Part shown: in pieces, positions 30,296 to 47,149 of the stretch
Position numbering within the stretch: position 1 is the first letter of the stretch
How the letters are laid out: each line of letters starts with the position of its first letter
Origin: the human T2T-CHM13v2.0 reference genome, Homo sapiens
DNA length: 64,000 bases
Assembly (NCBI RefSeq): GCF_009914755.1
Contig: NC_060929.1
Direction: 5' to 3' (one strand)
Program-made: the position numbers and the translations under genes
Notes under the pieces: generated by a model
What the model saw: the letters and a program-made list of their open reading frames with translations, nothing else
Database searches by the model: none
Told to the model about the DNA's origin: nothing

Positions 30296-33200
30296 TTTTT
30301 CTGATTATAAGTGATAATTTCTGTATCTTTTCATGTCTAACATTTTCTGGTGGAAAACTGAACATTGTAGACAGCAAGAATGTTGATGACTCTGGGTTCT
30401 ATTTCTCTGTGAACAGTTGTATTTTGTTACACTAGACGTGAAATTGAATGGTCTCATCCGGAATCTTTTTATCCTGTCATGTACAAGAACTGTTGTCTCT
30501 ATGTGGCTAATTTGACTTCATTTTAGACCTCACTTTGTGTGGATTGCCCCTGCAACGTCTCAGTCTACTAGTAATTTAAGGATTTGGGTAGACTTTCAGA
30601 CTTTCCAATACAGACCTTCTTAGTTCTTTACAAGAACTAAGAACAGCCCTTTGACATCTCAATCAGGAACACATCTACTGTGTTGCCACCTGTTTTGTGC
30701 ATTGGTTTATGTCCACTTTTCAACCAGGCTTCTGGTGTCTCATGCAAAATGCAAAATATAACAGTCAGACAGAAATTGGAATAGAGTTTATACTCTAATT
30801 TTGAATCTCAAACTGTCTGTGGCTGTCTGACTTCCAGAATGTTCCAGCCATATCCTATGGCTCAGCTGCTCTGAACTCCATCATCTACCACTGGAACTTA
30901 TAAGGTTACAGTTTGCCACCTGAGGGAAGTCTTGTACATAGCACACACCTGATATACTAGCAATCTTTCAACACTAAATTCTTTTCATATTTTGCCCTCT
31001 GGCCATTTTCAGAGTGCTTCAAGTATCTGTTTTAAGTACATTTTTCCAATTTTAATTGTCTTCTACAGGAATAATCACCTAGTCTCTTCGTGTCCCATTA
31101 ACAGATAATTTCTACCAACTTTTACAAATGTATTTAATGGTATTGCTGACATAAATTTTAAAATAAGGTCATATATTTTAAGATTAACAAAATTATTATT
31201 ACCTTAATACCACTATTACCAAAAAGAGTTAGTCATCTTAAATATGTAAGGATATTAACAACTAGTGTAAACTATTTACCAGCATAAAATTTATGAACAC
31301 TATTTGTAATATATTATATAATCTATTTTGCCGGAAAATTGTATTTATGTAAAGGCAAAAAAAAAAGTAGGGTTTAAACAACAAAAACAACACCTAAAAT
31401 TCTACTATTAATTTTACACCACTGACAGCTAGATTTTGCAACTAATTTTTCAGACAGGTAGACTTTCTTCATAAAAAGCAATCACCAATGAGAAGGTTAC
31501 ATAGTTCACTCATATCCAGGAACTTAATCTGTTTAGTATCCTTAAACTCACTTACTCAATTATTCTCAGTCATGAGTCGCAATGGGATGACTTCCCACCA
31601 GCCTCCAGATGCTATAATTATATTTATCTTCTTTACATCTAATTACATAGCATACTATTTTACTTTCCCACTGTTCATTAAAAAAATTTCTAGCTGTGGC
31701 ATACTGAATGCCTTAGAGAATAAAGAGATGTTAATAGTCCTAAAGATGTATTTCTGGACTTCTAGCATTTACTCAAATTAACATGCTTTCATGATGATAT
31801 GGTATTTAATGTAGCCCACTATTGGCAAGAAATAAATAGTATTAGTCAATTGTACTTCAATCAAATGGGTAAATTAATGGTATTTTTGGTATTCTTAGTC
31901 ATGCCTCTTACAAAGGTGTAGAGTAAGTCCTACTAAAACGTAAAGAAATAGTTGATACATTTTTGTCACAACCCCAAATAGACACAAACTTTTTTCAATT
32001 ATTGTGTTTGAGATTCAAAAGGAGATAGAATAAAGGAATGACTTAATATGTTTGAGACCTCAAGTTCTTTATTTCAAATGAAAATCAGGAAACTACTGCT
32101 CCTTTCCTTTCCATTTTAAACACTTTAATTTTGATCCTCTTAGTTCATATAATAGTATGTTGTCTATAAAACAAACCCACAATTTGAAAAATATAAAATA
32201 TCATGTTTTAATAAGTCATGTGATCTCAATAATTTACATATTTGAATTCTTTTTTTATTAAATCCATTGTGAGTTAAATATCTTAAATCTAGATTTATGA
32301 CACCTACAATAATGGTTTTTACTGAATTAAATAAAATGCATATGTATTGTTATATTACATAACCAAATAGCAATAGATTAAAAAGTAATCACTTTATGCC
32401 TATGTACACACTATAAGTGGAATTACACATAGTAACATATCTGTATTTAGAATATATTGAGAATTTACAATGATATAATAGCAGCTCAGTTAGCTAATCT
32501 TCACAAACTGTGTGTATAACACTATACATATATTTAAAGAGAATAAGGTTTGCTAATGCATTCAAGTCTACTCATTGCAGCACTGCTCTGCTATTTTCTA
32601 ATTTTTATTTAACATATCAGGTAAATTACCTAGAAATTCTAATACTGTTGAAAGCTTCATATAGACCTCTCAAGGTACCCCTTACTTCCTATTGCTCCTA
32701 GACTCAATCACTTTCAAACCATTCAGCTATTTTAAGTAGCTTTCCCCCCCATTCATATTTATTTTGTTCTCTTGACTCAGTTTTATATTTAACATTTTTT
32801 AATTATAGCAGTAAATATTTTAGTTCAAATAGGATGAGCCCGATTTTCATTTTTATTAATTTGTAGAGCACAAGAGAACTGACTAAAATCTTTATCCCAG
32901 TGTGTTGTTGTCGGGGGTGCAGGTGGAGGTGCTGAGAGTATACTTTTTTTTTTCTTTTCCAATATAAGGCATTTAGTTATTCTATCAGGTTCAGTGTAGA
33001 TAATGGAAATCCATTCATATATACAAAGGGATTTACAGAAATTAGGTACTTAATATCGTGTTTGAAGGTCTAGAGAAAAAGAGGGCAGCTTCATATTTTA
33101 GATGGTTTAGTTCAAAGAACATGGTAATAACTGCAATATATGTATCAGAAACTCCTTGCTGATGTCACAACAAATTTGCACATCTATGGTGATGGTGATT

Positions 33201-33577
33201 ACACACTCTGCCTCCAGATCAGAAGGCTATAACATATTCTCAACAATTATATTTTATCACTAACATTGTCCATATGGCATAAACACCAGAAAGATAATTT
33301 CCACCTTATTTCCACTTTCCAAATTTTAGTAAATCTTGAAGTCAAATTTTAATTCAGAACCTTATCTACCAGGAAACCTGAGGAATGTGATTTTTGATTG
33401 TATGAGAAGAAAACAGATACACACTATTTTACACAGGTAAAATTCTACAGATAAATGTTGCTGTAAGAAAACCCAAGGTATTATTTATTGATCTTTTCTC
33501 TTGAGCAATTTAGAACATTCTGAAACATCCTCAAAATTCTTGACTACAAAGCTTCAGTCTTGTGTAGGGTAAGATAG

Positions 33578-33944
<367 letters not shown>

Positions 33945-34304
33945 CATTCTTATTTTCATAATGACAGATTAAGTGTGTTTTCTCAGAGCCTTCCTTTTTT
34001 CCAGAACATCAAAGTCTACTCGCTTGCTCAGTAGAGAAGTTTTTCCTCACTCAATTGTACAAGATTTAAGTGTGACTATAAAGGTCAACTTTCAGGCTCT
34101 TTCAAAAATCTCTCCTTTTCCACTACTACACTCTCCTTATCTCCATTTTCTATGGTGCATTATTCTTCCAATTGCTGAAACATTACCCAGTTCCACGGTA
34201 TAAACCAGTTTACACACACACCAGTTTTACCTTTATCATCCTAGTGATACTGTTTTCTCCCCCATCCATGTTTTTTATCTTTATGTACTATAATTTGGAA
34301 AGCA

Positions 34305-34839
<535 letters not shown>

Positions 34840-35900
34840 CTAAATTATTTTCTGCTGTAACTGGCATTCTATAAAACTAGTAAGTGAATTAGTCTAGAGG
34901 AAGAATATAAATTAGAGGACTCGACATGTACTTTCAAATTCAGTTGTTATCTCTTTTACTCATGGAGAGTGACAGCTCTGATAAAGGGACAGACGTAATA
35001 GAATTGTTTGTAAGATATCATTTAATCATCTTTTGATATATACCTGAAATATCAAGTGGTATTTTTTTCTGACATGCATATTTAAATTTGTTCAATTTTT
35101 GAATATGAGATTTAATTCTTTTTTAATATACATATACAGAAAGTATATGGTAAACATGTATTTACCAAAAGCATTAAATTTCTATTATAATTTTCAATAA
35201 ATTCAGTAGAAATCTGAAACTGTTACAAATTAATATAAAGTACAAAATGCTCATTTTAAATAGGCATTTAAAATTTGATAATACCATTATATTACATGTG
35301 AATAATACATTTTCATAATGAGTATAGTAGTTTGAATTTCATTTTGAGTTGATTGTCTTCATGAGATATTAATTTGTATTAAATAAAAATTTGATGATTT
35401 TTGTTTCTAGGTTACTATGAGATAAAATTGTAGCCAATTTTCTTTGAAACTCTTTGTAATTGCTTTATCTCTAAACTTCCAAAATTAATAAATCAGTAAT
35501 TGCAGTTTTTCGTATTTTCTCTCACCACTTGCTAATTACATTTTATATTGGTAGAACAAATATCATCCCAAAGAGTCAAAATGGCATTTGAGTTGATTGA
35601 TGAAGTCCATATATTATTTTTCTTTTGATTGAGCTTCCTCTTAATTACATAACTTTCTTCTTTCTGGAATTTCAGCACTCTAGGTATTGTTTAGAGTTGT
35701 ATATTCATTATGTAAAGAATGCATAATATGAGTTTTCAAATTCTGAAAGATAATTCCAGAAGAAAATAGTTTGTTATGGTTTTCCCATGATCTTTCTGAC
35801 ATAATTTATTCATCACTTTTTAACTGGCTTATTTAATTAATTTAAGTAATTCCAAATTTTATCATATATACTCCAATTTTCCCTTTAAGAATTATTAGCT

Positions 35901-38900
35901 TGTTTAAGCATTCCCTTTTCTCTGCAGCCTTGCCAGCATCTGCTATTTTTTGACATTTTAGCAATAGCCATTCTGACTGGTGTGAGATGATTTCTCTTTG
36001 TGATGGCCATGGCAGGCCATCTGGAATAGCTGCTGGGAGGACACCACCTTCAGTGGGGGAGGTGCGACCAGGGCTGCTTACTCCACGGAGCTGGTGGGGG
36101 CCAGGAACAGGCAGGAACTGTGCCTCCTACCTAGTTTGTGGGCAGGAACTCCTGGGTAAGGCTGCAGCCACCCAGCCATGGCTCTGGACCTGGGCACCAC
36201 TTTCTGGTGCCCAGGAAGGCCCCTACCCCTGCAGGTTCAGAAGTGTCTGCTATCACTCCCTGGCTTCTCCCCACTCCCAGCACTGCTCCGGGGAGGGTCA
36301 AAGTTGTAGCTGACCCCGGGTGCTGTCGTGACCCGGCTGGGTGTGCGCACCCTTGGGTGGCACTAAAACACCAACCCTCTGCTGTCTTGGCTCCCTCTGG
36401 ACTTTGGGTGCGAACAAGCATAGGAGAGAGGTCAGGAGGGTGTTGAGGGAAGCTCTGTGTGGGCCTTCAGCTGCCTTTCAGCACAAACAGCCTGGGCTGT
36501 GGATGGCATGCTGATGGCAGGAGGCAGACAGGTTCCTGGGCAGAAAGGGGCAGGTCCCTGGTGAAACTTCACCTTCAAGCCAGGGACAGCTTGAAGCCTG
36601 GGGGCCTCACTGCCAATTCTGGATGGAGTCTGTGGCCCAAAGTGAGGACTTATGGTACTTATTCCGGGCCCACCCCTACCAGCCCATGAACAAACCAACA
36701 TACACTTTCTCCCTTCTGAGCCCATAAAAACCCCAGACTCAGCCAGACACACACAGATATCAGGACTACCAGCTGTGGGAAGGAGCTTCCCACTGCAAGT
36801 CTCATCTCCAGTGAGAGCTGGGCACTCGTCAGGACAACCTGCCTGTGGAAAGGAGCTACCCACTTTGGGGCTCCTGAGAGCTGTTCTGTTGCTGAATGAA
36901 GCTCCTCTTTGCCTTGATCATTCTCTAGTTATTCACATACCTCATTCTTCCTGGACATGTGACAAGAACTCGGGAACTGCTGAATGGCAGTACTAAAATT
37001 GCTGTAACAAACAGGGCAAAAACACACTCCCCCCAACACATGCCACATTGCAGGCGATGGGAAGGAGAGAAGAGCTGAAGCCCTTTGCAGAACCCAGACC
37101 TAGGGGCTCCCAGAGCCAGGGCTTTGACACCCTCTTTTGAGCTCTGTGGTTCCCAGTGTCTCCAAGCTTCCAGACACCACTGCATTCCCTTTGTCCAGAC
37201 ATGGAAGTCCACAGCAGAAGCCATGTGCAGTACATCTGGTCCAGCCACAGCCTCACATGAAGATAGCACCTGTTCTAGTGCCTGGGCCCATCTGTCTGAC
37301 TCCAGCAGCTGTCATGCCTGTCTGTGCACAGTGGCAGGACCCCATGCTTGCTCACTCACATACCCCTTCCCGCTCCACACTTGGCTCATCCTTGGCAGGT
37401 GTGGGATCCAGGCCAGTAGTATGAGCAGAGTGCAGCCTGCCAGGATGAGTGGGAGGAATGAGCCCAGCTGGTGTGAGCAATACTCAGGCAGAAGGCACTG
37501 CTGGCCACAGCAGTTTCTTGCTGGTGAACTGACAACCCCAAGAATCCTGTGACAATTGTGGCTTTGATTTGCATTTCTCTGATGATTAGTGATGATGAGC
37601 ATTGTTTCATATGTTTCTTGGCCACTTGTATGTCTCCTTTTAAGAAGTATCCGTTCATGTCTTTTGTTCATTTTTAATTTTTTTGGTTATTTATTTAAGT
37701 TCCTTTTAGATTCTGAATATTAGACCTTTGTTGAATACATAGTTTGTGAATATTTTTTTCCCATTCTGTAGATTGCCTGTTTACTCTGTTGATGTTTGAT
37801 TGTGCTGTGCATAATCTATTCAGTTTAATTAGATCCCACTTGACAATTTTGTTTTTTGTTGCAATTGCTTTTGGGGACTTGACCATAAATTCATTCCCAA
37901 GAGTGATGTCAGTAGGGTTATTTCCCAGGTTTTATTTTAGGATTTTTATAATTTGAGGTCTTACATTTAAATATTTAATCCACCTTGAATTAATTTTTGT
38001 ATATGATGAAGGTGTCTAATTTTGTTCTTCTGCATATGGCTAGCCACTTATGACAGCACCATTTATTACATAGGGAGTCCTTTCTCCATTGCTTATTTTT
38101 CTCAGCCCTGTTGAAGATCAGCTGGTTGTAGATGTGTGGCTTTGTTTTTATTTTTCTATTATGCTCTAGTTTTCAATTCTGTTCTATTGATGTATGTGTC
38201 TGTTTTTGTGTCAGTACCCTGCTGTTTTGGTTACTGTAGCCTTATAATATAGTTAGAAGTTGGATAGTGTGATGCCTTTAGCTGTGTTCCTTTTTTTCAG
38301 ATTGCTTTGACTATTCAGGATCTTTTTTGGGTCCATATGAATCTTAGAGTTGTTTTTCCTTATTCTGTTAAGAATGATGTTGGTATGCTTGCTAGGAACA
38401 GCATTAAATCCATAAAATGTTCTGGGCAGAATGGTCATTTTCACAATATAAATTCTTTATGTAAATTATTTCAGGCACTGTGGAAAGCAGTTTGGAGACT
38501 TCTCAAAAAACCTAAAACAGAGCTACTATTCAACCCAGCAATCCCATTACCAGGTGTATACCCAAAGGAAAATATATAATTATAACAAAAAGACACATGT
38601 ACTTGTCTGTTCATCACCATACGATTCACAATAGCAAAGATATGAAATCAACATAAGTGCCCATTAATGGTGTATTGCTTATAGAAAAGGTGATATATAT
38701 ACACCATGGAATACTATACAGCCATTAAAAATGAAATAATGTTCTCTGCAAGAAAATGATGCAGCTGGAGGCCATATTCCTAAGATAATTAATGCAGAAA
38801 CTGAAAACTAAATATCACATGTTCTCTTGTATGAGTGGGAGCTAGACATTGAGCACACATGGACATAAACCTGGGAACAATAGACACTGAGGAGTACTAG

Positions 38901-39024
38901 AGTGGGGAAGGAGACAGGTGGAACGTGAGTTGAAAAACTACTTATTGCATACTTTGCTCACTACCTTGGCCCAATACACCCATGTAAAAATCCTACATAT
39001 GTCCCCCCAGTCTAAAACAAAATC

Positions 39025-39027
<3 letters not shown>
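35901..39027 (+). mobile_element. Old primate L1 (L1PA13-16/L1PB-like) with 5' inversion (35901-38455 on minus, 38459-39027 on plus), interrupted by MER52
   Basis: ORF2 C-terminal peptides on both strands in the ORF track (37695-37886 minus, 38307-38579 plus); the two segments are nearly contiguous in the L1 consensus. Confidence 0.85.
36001..37554 (+). mobile_element. MER52-family ERV1 solo LTR (1.55 kb, GC-rich)
   Basis: TGATGGC...ATCCTGTGACA termini; CCCATAAAAACCCCAGACTCAGCCAGAC TATA region; L1 resumes exactly across it; 4-bp TSD TTTG/ATTG. Confidence 0.85.
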
Positions 39028-39086
<59 letters not shown>

Positions 39087-39100
39087 GACATACATATATA
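39028..39100. repeat. (TA)n(CA)n microsatellite in place of the L1 tail
   Basis: Read directly. Confidence 0.95.
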
Positions 39101-39148
39101 TGTTTAATTGTTTGATTTACCCACTCCATAATATATATCAAAACATCA

Positions 39149-39517
<369 letters not shown>

Positions 39518-40329
39518 CTAGAGTAGAGCTAAAATATTTAAATATATTTATTTTATTCACTAATGTTAGAAAGAGGCCAGTAATATAAGTATCCTTGAAG
39601 TAGTGAAACCAATTACAGTATTTAAATCAGTATTTTTTTCAAATCTGTCTTTAACAATTTCATCTAGTAGAAATGTGGAATTTTTAATTTCATTTAAAAT
39701 TCAGTTTGCCATTTACGCCTTCCTACAACTTTAATCATAGGGTTTAACTCTTAAAGAATTTTGGATTCAGTCTCAAACTCATCCTCAAATCATTTTATTT
39801 CCTATTGTTTTCCTTTTACTTAATTGGATTCTCCCGAGTTTAATTAGGTTTAAAGCATAGTGATTATAAAAAGACTATGCTTGCTTAATGCACACAGTCT
39901 CCCAAGTGGTCTTTTCAAATTTCCCAACATTTTTTTAGTGGATATTCAATCACCTTACTAATTACTGAAAGGAAATAGCTCACAGCACATTCCCTACTGA
40001 TGGCTGGTTAACTCTATCATCCTATTATAGAAAAAAGGCCAGCATACTTAAGCTAAGAAGTTAGTAAAGCTTACAAGATAATTATTATATGATATTTTTA
40101 AAGAATGTGGTAATATCCCACTCATCTTGCACTTATGTTCTTGTCCAAGAGTAAAATCAGCTTAACTGCTAGCATACTTCCAGAAAATCAACTTCAAACA
40201 AATAAATCAAAATAATCCAAATGACCTACAAAATTATAGTTTTTCTATGGAGAGTCTACATCCAGTTGAGACTTTTTTTTAACATATTTAAAATGTATAT
40301 AAACAAATATATGAAATAACAGTGTGCAG

Positions 40330-41600
40330 ACAATGCATAACAGGCAGCACAGAACAGTGATCCCTGAGACAGGGGCAACAACCCAGGTTAAGTCTATGAT
40401 TGCTCAAGCCCACTTTCAAAAGGAGTTTTCAGTCTAAGTCCAAGAAAGAGGGCACTGAAGCCAACGCTAATGATCTCCCTGAATTGAGAAGATGAAGCTT
40501 GGAGTCAGGGCAGAGAAGCAGTGGCTGCTCTCTTACCTAACAAAGCTTAAAAGCAAGCCTTGAAAAGATCAGAGTGTTTCCATGTGATTTATTACATTTC
40601 ACAACAAAGCTCAATAACATTTATCAGAATTCAAAATACGAAAATAATCAGCATCCAAAAGTTGAGATTCACAATCCCTGGCATCCCACCAAAAATTGCT
40701 AGGCATGCAAAATGTTTGGAAATTATGACATATATTAATGAGAAAAATCATTCTTTAGAAAAAATATTTCTAGGACCTAGAAATAACAAGTAATAGCATT
40801 ATTAGATAAGGACATTCAACATATTCCAAATATTCAAAAAACTTAAACCGAACACCTGTAGAGAAATAATACAACATGTGAGATAAAATTTACATTGTAT
40901 GGGATTACTGTCATATACTAAACCGGAAAAATTAGCAGGAGAAACTATACAAAATTACACACAGAGAAAAAATTTTTAAAAATTTAATAAAGCATCATTA
41001 AACTGTGAGACAAATTTAAGTGGGTTAATATCTGTGCAACAGAAACTCTGAAAAACGCAGATGGGAGGAAAAATGTTTAAAACTTAATAGCCAAATTTTA
41101 AAAAATGATGAAAACTATAAAACCACACGCGCAAAATGCTCAGTCAACTCCAATAAAAAACATGAAGAAGATTTCAACGGGTACATTTTAAAGAAATGAC
41201 TTAAATCTAGTGTTAACAAGAAAATATTATAAACAAGCAGAATAAAAAAAGATACATTAGATAGGAAGGAAGACATAGGGATTAAAGCTGATTTCTTTTG
41301 TAGAAAATATCAGACAGAAGACAGCAGAAGTTCATCTTAAAATACTGAAGGACAAAGAGTTGTCAACTTAGAATCTTAGTGAGAATATAATTCAAAAACA
41401 AAAGCAAAATAGAGAATTAATCATCAGCAGACCTTCCCTAAAAGAAATATTAAAGGAAGTCCTGAAGGCAGAAGGAAAATATTATATGGAAATCTTAACC
41501 TGGACACACAAGATTAAGAACACTGGAAATGGTAAATACGTATATAAATATAAAACATATTTGATCCTATTATTTGAATCTTTTTAAATGATAAATGCCC
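40330..41600 (+). mobile_element. Ancient L1M 5'/ORF1 remnant
   Basis: A-rich; CATCAGCAGACCTTCCCTAAAAGAAATATTAAAGGAAGTCCTGAAGGCAGAAGGAAAAT matches an ORF1 C-terminus. Confidence 0.7.
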
Positions 41601-41939
41601 AACAGAAATAACTGGTACTTTGGAATTCTGCCAGGTACATAATCATTCCAATGCTAATATAAAATAAACAAGTCTTTAGGGAGAGAAAAAGACAATTTAT
41701 CAACATAATGTCTCAGTGATAGAGTACTGAAAAATTTACTATAATAAAGAATAAAATTAATCTCAGAACACCAAAATTGTATTTAACATATACGTCTGAA
41801 CGGAAAAGATGAGATTTTGATATACTGAAGTAATAATTTATTATAAGATGATGAGTAAGACTAATTTGAAGACAAATTATACACTGAGTCAGATATAGTA
41901 CTCAATGCTATTCAGTACAAGCATGGGCATTTTGTTCAT

Positions 41940-43410
41940 TAATTTGTTTCAAAAGTATTAATAATGATTACATGGTAGTGAATAAAACAAAACTAAATGT
42001 TTCTACTTCATGCTTCTTTTAGCCAGAGAAGATAAAATAAATTCCAATAAACTCATATAAAGATAAGAAATAATTTGATAATAAGTGCGAAGGAGAAAAA
42101 TGAAGCAGGGTAATGACTGTGAGAAATGACAGGCATAGGATGGTCTAGGGTGACCTCTGTGGGGAGGTAGCATTTGGACGGAGAACTGAAGGAAGAACGA
42201 GGAGAAGCTTTGCAGAAATAAGATGAACATTTCAAACAAAAGGAATATTAGGCGCATAATCTGATGCATCCTAAAATATGAATGGTTTGACAAATTTGAG
42301 AAATGGCAAAAAAAAAAAAAAAAAGCAGGATGTGGAGAAAGAGGAGTGAGAGAAGGGGTGTGGTCAGGGATGTAGATGTGTGTGTTTTAGGAGATGGAGG
42401 AGGGAAGAGGGGAATATCACAGGGCATATTGACCGTTATAATGACTTAGGCTTTACTTTGAATAAACTGGGTAGCATTTCAGCACTTTTAATCAGAATTA
42501 TGACAATCTTGTTTATGTGCAGAGTCACTTTGTATTTTGCCAGGAAAGATATCTGATTTCCTACATATAATACTCTGGGGACTGCCACTGGCTCTAGGAA
42601 TGCAGTTCGGGCCAGATTGTATCGGGAGCTACGGTGAGCAGTCTCTGCCAAAACTTCCACTTGGTACAGAGAGATCAGAGGTTGGGATGTGAATGCTAAG
42701 TCCCGTAGTCCTCCTTTCCATCTACACCAAGGTTTCCTCCCAGGACTTCTCACTAGCAAACTCTAATTCCAAGACAGAGGTTAAGGATGCCTGAATGATG
42801 AATCCCGTAGAAATAATCTTTGCAAGGCATTGAATGAAGCAGAGGACAGATGGTGGATCTGGAAGAGCAAGTGGAAATTATCTGGCACAACTACAGTTGA
42901 CTATATGCTCCATGACAGCAGACATATCTACCATATTCATTATATTCCCAGTTCCAAAGACAATGCACAATAAATAGGTCATGCCAAACATCTCTGTATT
43001 CTGTGCCTTAACCAGTCTCTTTTCATCCACCTATCCAAATTCCTATTTTATTACCTGAAGATGCAGTATAAATACTACCTCTATTTGAGGTTTTTCTTTA
43101 TTTTCCTCTCCTTTTCCATTCTTCCTCACATCACCCATGACCTCTTATGTGGACATGGGGTGAATTTTTGTTCTGTTCTTACATGCAGCCTCCTAATTAC
43201 TTTCACTTTATATGCACCCCTTGATACACTATAGGATAGCTTTAAGAGGGAATTTAATTTGCAGCCCATTTTGAACTCCTTTAGCAACAAGAAAACTGGT
43301 TTTTTAATCTCTGTATTACCAGAACCTTGCATAGTTTCTTATGTAGAGTAGAAGCTCGATTAATATCTAGAGAATTGTATGTATTAATGAATGAACAAAT
43401 GAGTTACTGA
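41940..43410. mobile_element. L2 remnants with an LTR33-like fragment (about 42540-42889, minus)
   Basis: L2-like purine-rich stretch and TGAATGAA end; GGATCTGGAAGAGCAAGTGGAAATTATCTGGCACA resembles a reversed LTR33 start. Confidence 0.45.
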
Positions 43411-43442
43411 ATCTAGAAAATATTGATATAATTAAAAATATC

Positions 43443-43740
<298 letters not shown>

Positions 43741-46589
43741 CTAAAGACCTCCTGCCTCCATATTCTTCTTCTGATTCTACGTATAATATGCTTGCTATTT
43801 GCTTTCAGAGGATTTTGTAATCTAACATGTTCTCTAGAGAATCCAGTTTGATACTCTACCTGCAGAACCATATCAAATTCGGCCTCCTTATTTGACATTC
43901 CTGCCCCTTTGCCCTGGTCCATCTAATGCGATCATGAAGTTGCTATGAGTGGGTGTGGTATGATTGATTGAATTCATTCTACATAGCAGGTGTCCACCTG
44001 CATACATATGCCATCACCTGAGGAAAAGCCAAGTGACTAAAGTAGGCACAAACACTTTATTCTACCAAAAATCACCATCTATAATGGACAAAAGTGGAAC
44101 TGAAATTATATATGAAGACAAAACAATGTAAATATATTGACGAGCACTAATTCTCACAACATAAAATAAATGAGGCTTTTACATTATTTAAAAAAATGGT
44201 TATATTTTAGAATAATGCTACTATTAAGGTCATTGCATGTTACAAAGGTTATTAGCATTATCTACTCCCAGGTACCAAACTGACTTACTTTGAAAACAAA
44301 ATCTCTATAGTGAAAGAAATCAAATATTCAGTAGGCCACCAGGATTTTCATTACCTAAATGCATGGATATGTCAATATCTGTAGTTCTTTAGAGCAAAGA
44401 CTGCTTAGAATCTAAGAAAAAGGAGGTGCTACTCCTGAAAGTCACTTTAAAAACTATGTAAATGCTAACACAGAAGAATCATGTAATAACAAAAGGCTTT
44501 TTTATCCTTTGCTGAAAATTTTTATTTTTAATGTAATAAAAATTAAATACTCTCTGAAAATTGAAAATACTCCATTGGAAAATTTTCAGTATTATGTCTA
44601 TAGTACAAATTAGATATTTTTATTTTGTTATTGAGTCTTAAGGTAGATTTGGCTCTGACCAGACAGCCACACATCAACTCTGAATCTTGTTATTCTCCCT
44701 ATATTTAATGTTATTTTCTTTATGTGTAAATATGGGAGAGAAAAAAGTTAACACCTACTGCACAGAGTCAGCATTTACATTAAACTTAATAATGTTTTGG
44801 TTTCAACTAATACAATAACTGACCAATATTAGGTACCTAATAAGTGTGTATTTCCTTTCAAAGTAACACATTTATTAAAATGGACTTGAATTGTATTACC
44901 CTAGGTTAGTATTTTACCTCTGCAATTTTTATAAATCTTTATAAGTCTGATATTTACACTGTAATATCATAGATTTCCTCTTCTCCATTTTCAAATAAAG
45001 GTCAAATAGTAATAACCTTTTTATTTAAGTAAATAATCTCAGTTTATAATCAAAACATAGCATATTGATTAATAAATTGCTTCTGAAATTATTTTCATTG
45101 AGTAACAGTGACTGGTCACAGAATATTTTAAGGTAACCATCCTTCATTTTTTTTGGTTATTATTCTCTGATTAATTTTTTTAAAAATCTCCCAGGCGTAA
45201 CAAGTACTTCAACACTACAGAAGCAGATCTCCAAAATAAGCTATTTTGAATATTATTATCATTACATAAATCATATATTTTTACGATTGCTATAAACCTC
45301 CTAATAATACTAACTTCATTTGGAAAACCTAGGTATATAGTTCTCTTTCCCACATTACATCTTTGCACTTGGATGTTGAATTACTTCAACTCTAAAAGTT
45401 ATGCAAATTGAGGGCTATCATTCTCATTATAAACCTAGAGAAAAAATTAAAGTCAGAGAAATAAATTAGAAATGTAAATAAAATTATTATTATTATTAGA
45501 AATAAATTAGAAATGGGCCAAGCATTCTCCTGTGTGTTTAGTCCTAACCACCCTTTGAGGTGGTTACACTTATTATTCCCACTTTACACATCAACTGTGA
45601 CAGAGAGAAGCTACACACTTTTCTTAAAGCCACATCAGATTTTCCTGTTAAAGACTGCAGACTCAGAGCGTATAGCTCCAGATTTTATTCTTTTAACTTA
45701 TATCCTTTTAACATAAGTTAGCGTTTGCCATGCTTCACCCCACAGACACTTATACTATATTTTCTTTTATTTTCACTACTAATTTTTACTAGGTAAATTC
45801 AGGTTGTTCATTTGTTTGACTCAAGGACTTACAGATTTAATGCATGTGATGTAGTTGCATTGGTAATGTGAAACCAGATGCCTTCCTGATGATAGTAATA
45901 GAACAGCCAAATCCCCAGTGAAGTGAATAGTGGACAATGAGTTTGAGAGCAGTATGCTTGCTGTCCAGAACACTTAGCAGAAGACTGCAGAGGAAATGTC
46001 TACACACTTTGGAGTAGTGTCAACACGCAATGCTGGAGACATTGATGCCAAAACACTAGCCAGATTACCTTTAGACTTCAGGAATGCACTTCTGTGCTGC
46101 TATTGTGCAAGATGAGCCAACTGGGCAAAATGCTAAAACTAAAGCAGAGATAATTAGAGCACTCTCAATTACTTCCTCTGACAAGGGAAGGAAAAGGGCA
46201 AGACGGGTCTGCTAAATTCCTGTGAGTTTCTGTTGGGCAACAGGGAACAGGGGTTTATCTTTATGCTCTGCTTACCCTCAAAAACAAACTTCGCAGTTGA
46301 GACATCACTTCACCAAACTTCAGTTGGATTTACTACTCATTCTCATGCTCTGAGTCTCTTGAAGAAGAGGTCTCGGGGGCTTGATCCTTAAGTCAGCCAA
46401 AAAATATGGGTGCTCAGACACAAGTCTTTCCTCACCCCTTCTATGAAATTTCATGTCAGGCTCTGGAATCTGCATTCTTACATACCAGACAGGTGGAAAC
46501 CCAAGTGAACAGGTATTGATTCTAAAAAGGTTGGGATACAGTTATCATAGAAAGCAAAATATGAGTGACTACTGTATCGAAGTGCTTTT

Positions 46590-47149
46590 TTTTTCTTTAA
46601 CTTTTACTTTAATTTCAGGGGTACAGGTGCAGGATGTGCAGGGAACACAGGCTACATAGGTAAATGGGCACCATGATGGTTTGCTTCACAGATCACCTCA
46701 TCACCTAGGTATTAAGCCTAGCATCCATTAGCTATTCTTCCTGATGATCACCCTCCACCCACAGCACCCCCAACAGACCCCAGTGTGTGTTGTTCCCCCA
46801 TCAATGTGTGCATATTCAGCTCCCACTTATAAGGGAGACCATGCAGTGGTGTTTGTTTCTCTGTTCCCATGTTAGTATTCCTTAAAGACCTAGAGACAGA
46901 AATACAATTAGACCCAGCAATCCTATTACTGGGTATATACCCAAAATAGTATAAATCATTTTATTATAAAGGTATATGCATGAGTGTGTTCACTGCAGCA
47001 CTATTCACAATAGCAAAGACATGGAATCAACTCAAATGTCCATTAACAGTGGACTAGATAAAGAAAATATGGTACATATATACCATGGAATACTATGCAG
47101 CCATAAAAAGGAATGAGATCATGGCCGTTGCAGCAACATGGATGGAGCT
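46590..47149 (-). mobile_element. Short L1PA (about PA10-13) with 5' inversion (46590-46876 on minus, 46877-47149 on plus)
   Basis: 3'UTR in reverse joined to ORF2 end in forward orientation; degenerate TSD GAAGTGCTTTT (46579) / GAAGTTGTTTT (47150). Confidence 0.85.

Noticed and set aside
35987-37671. Cluster of overlapping 90-155 aa ORFs
   Set aside because: Result of GC-rich MER52 LTR sequence; no recognisable domain.
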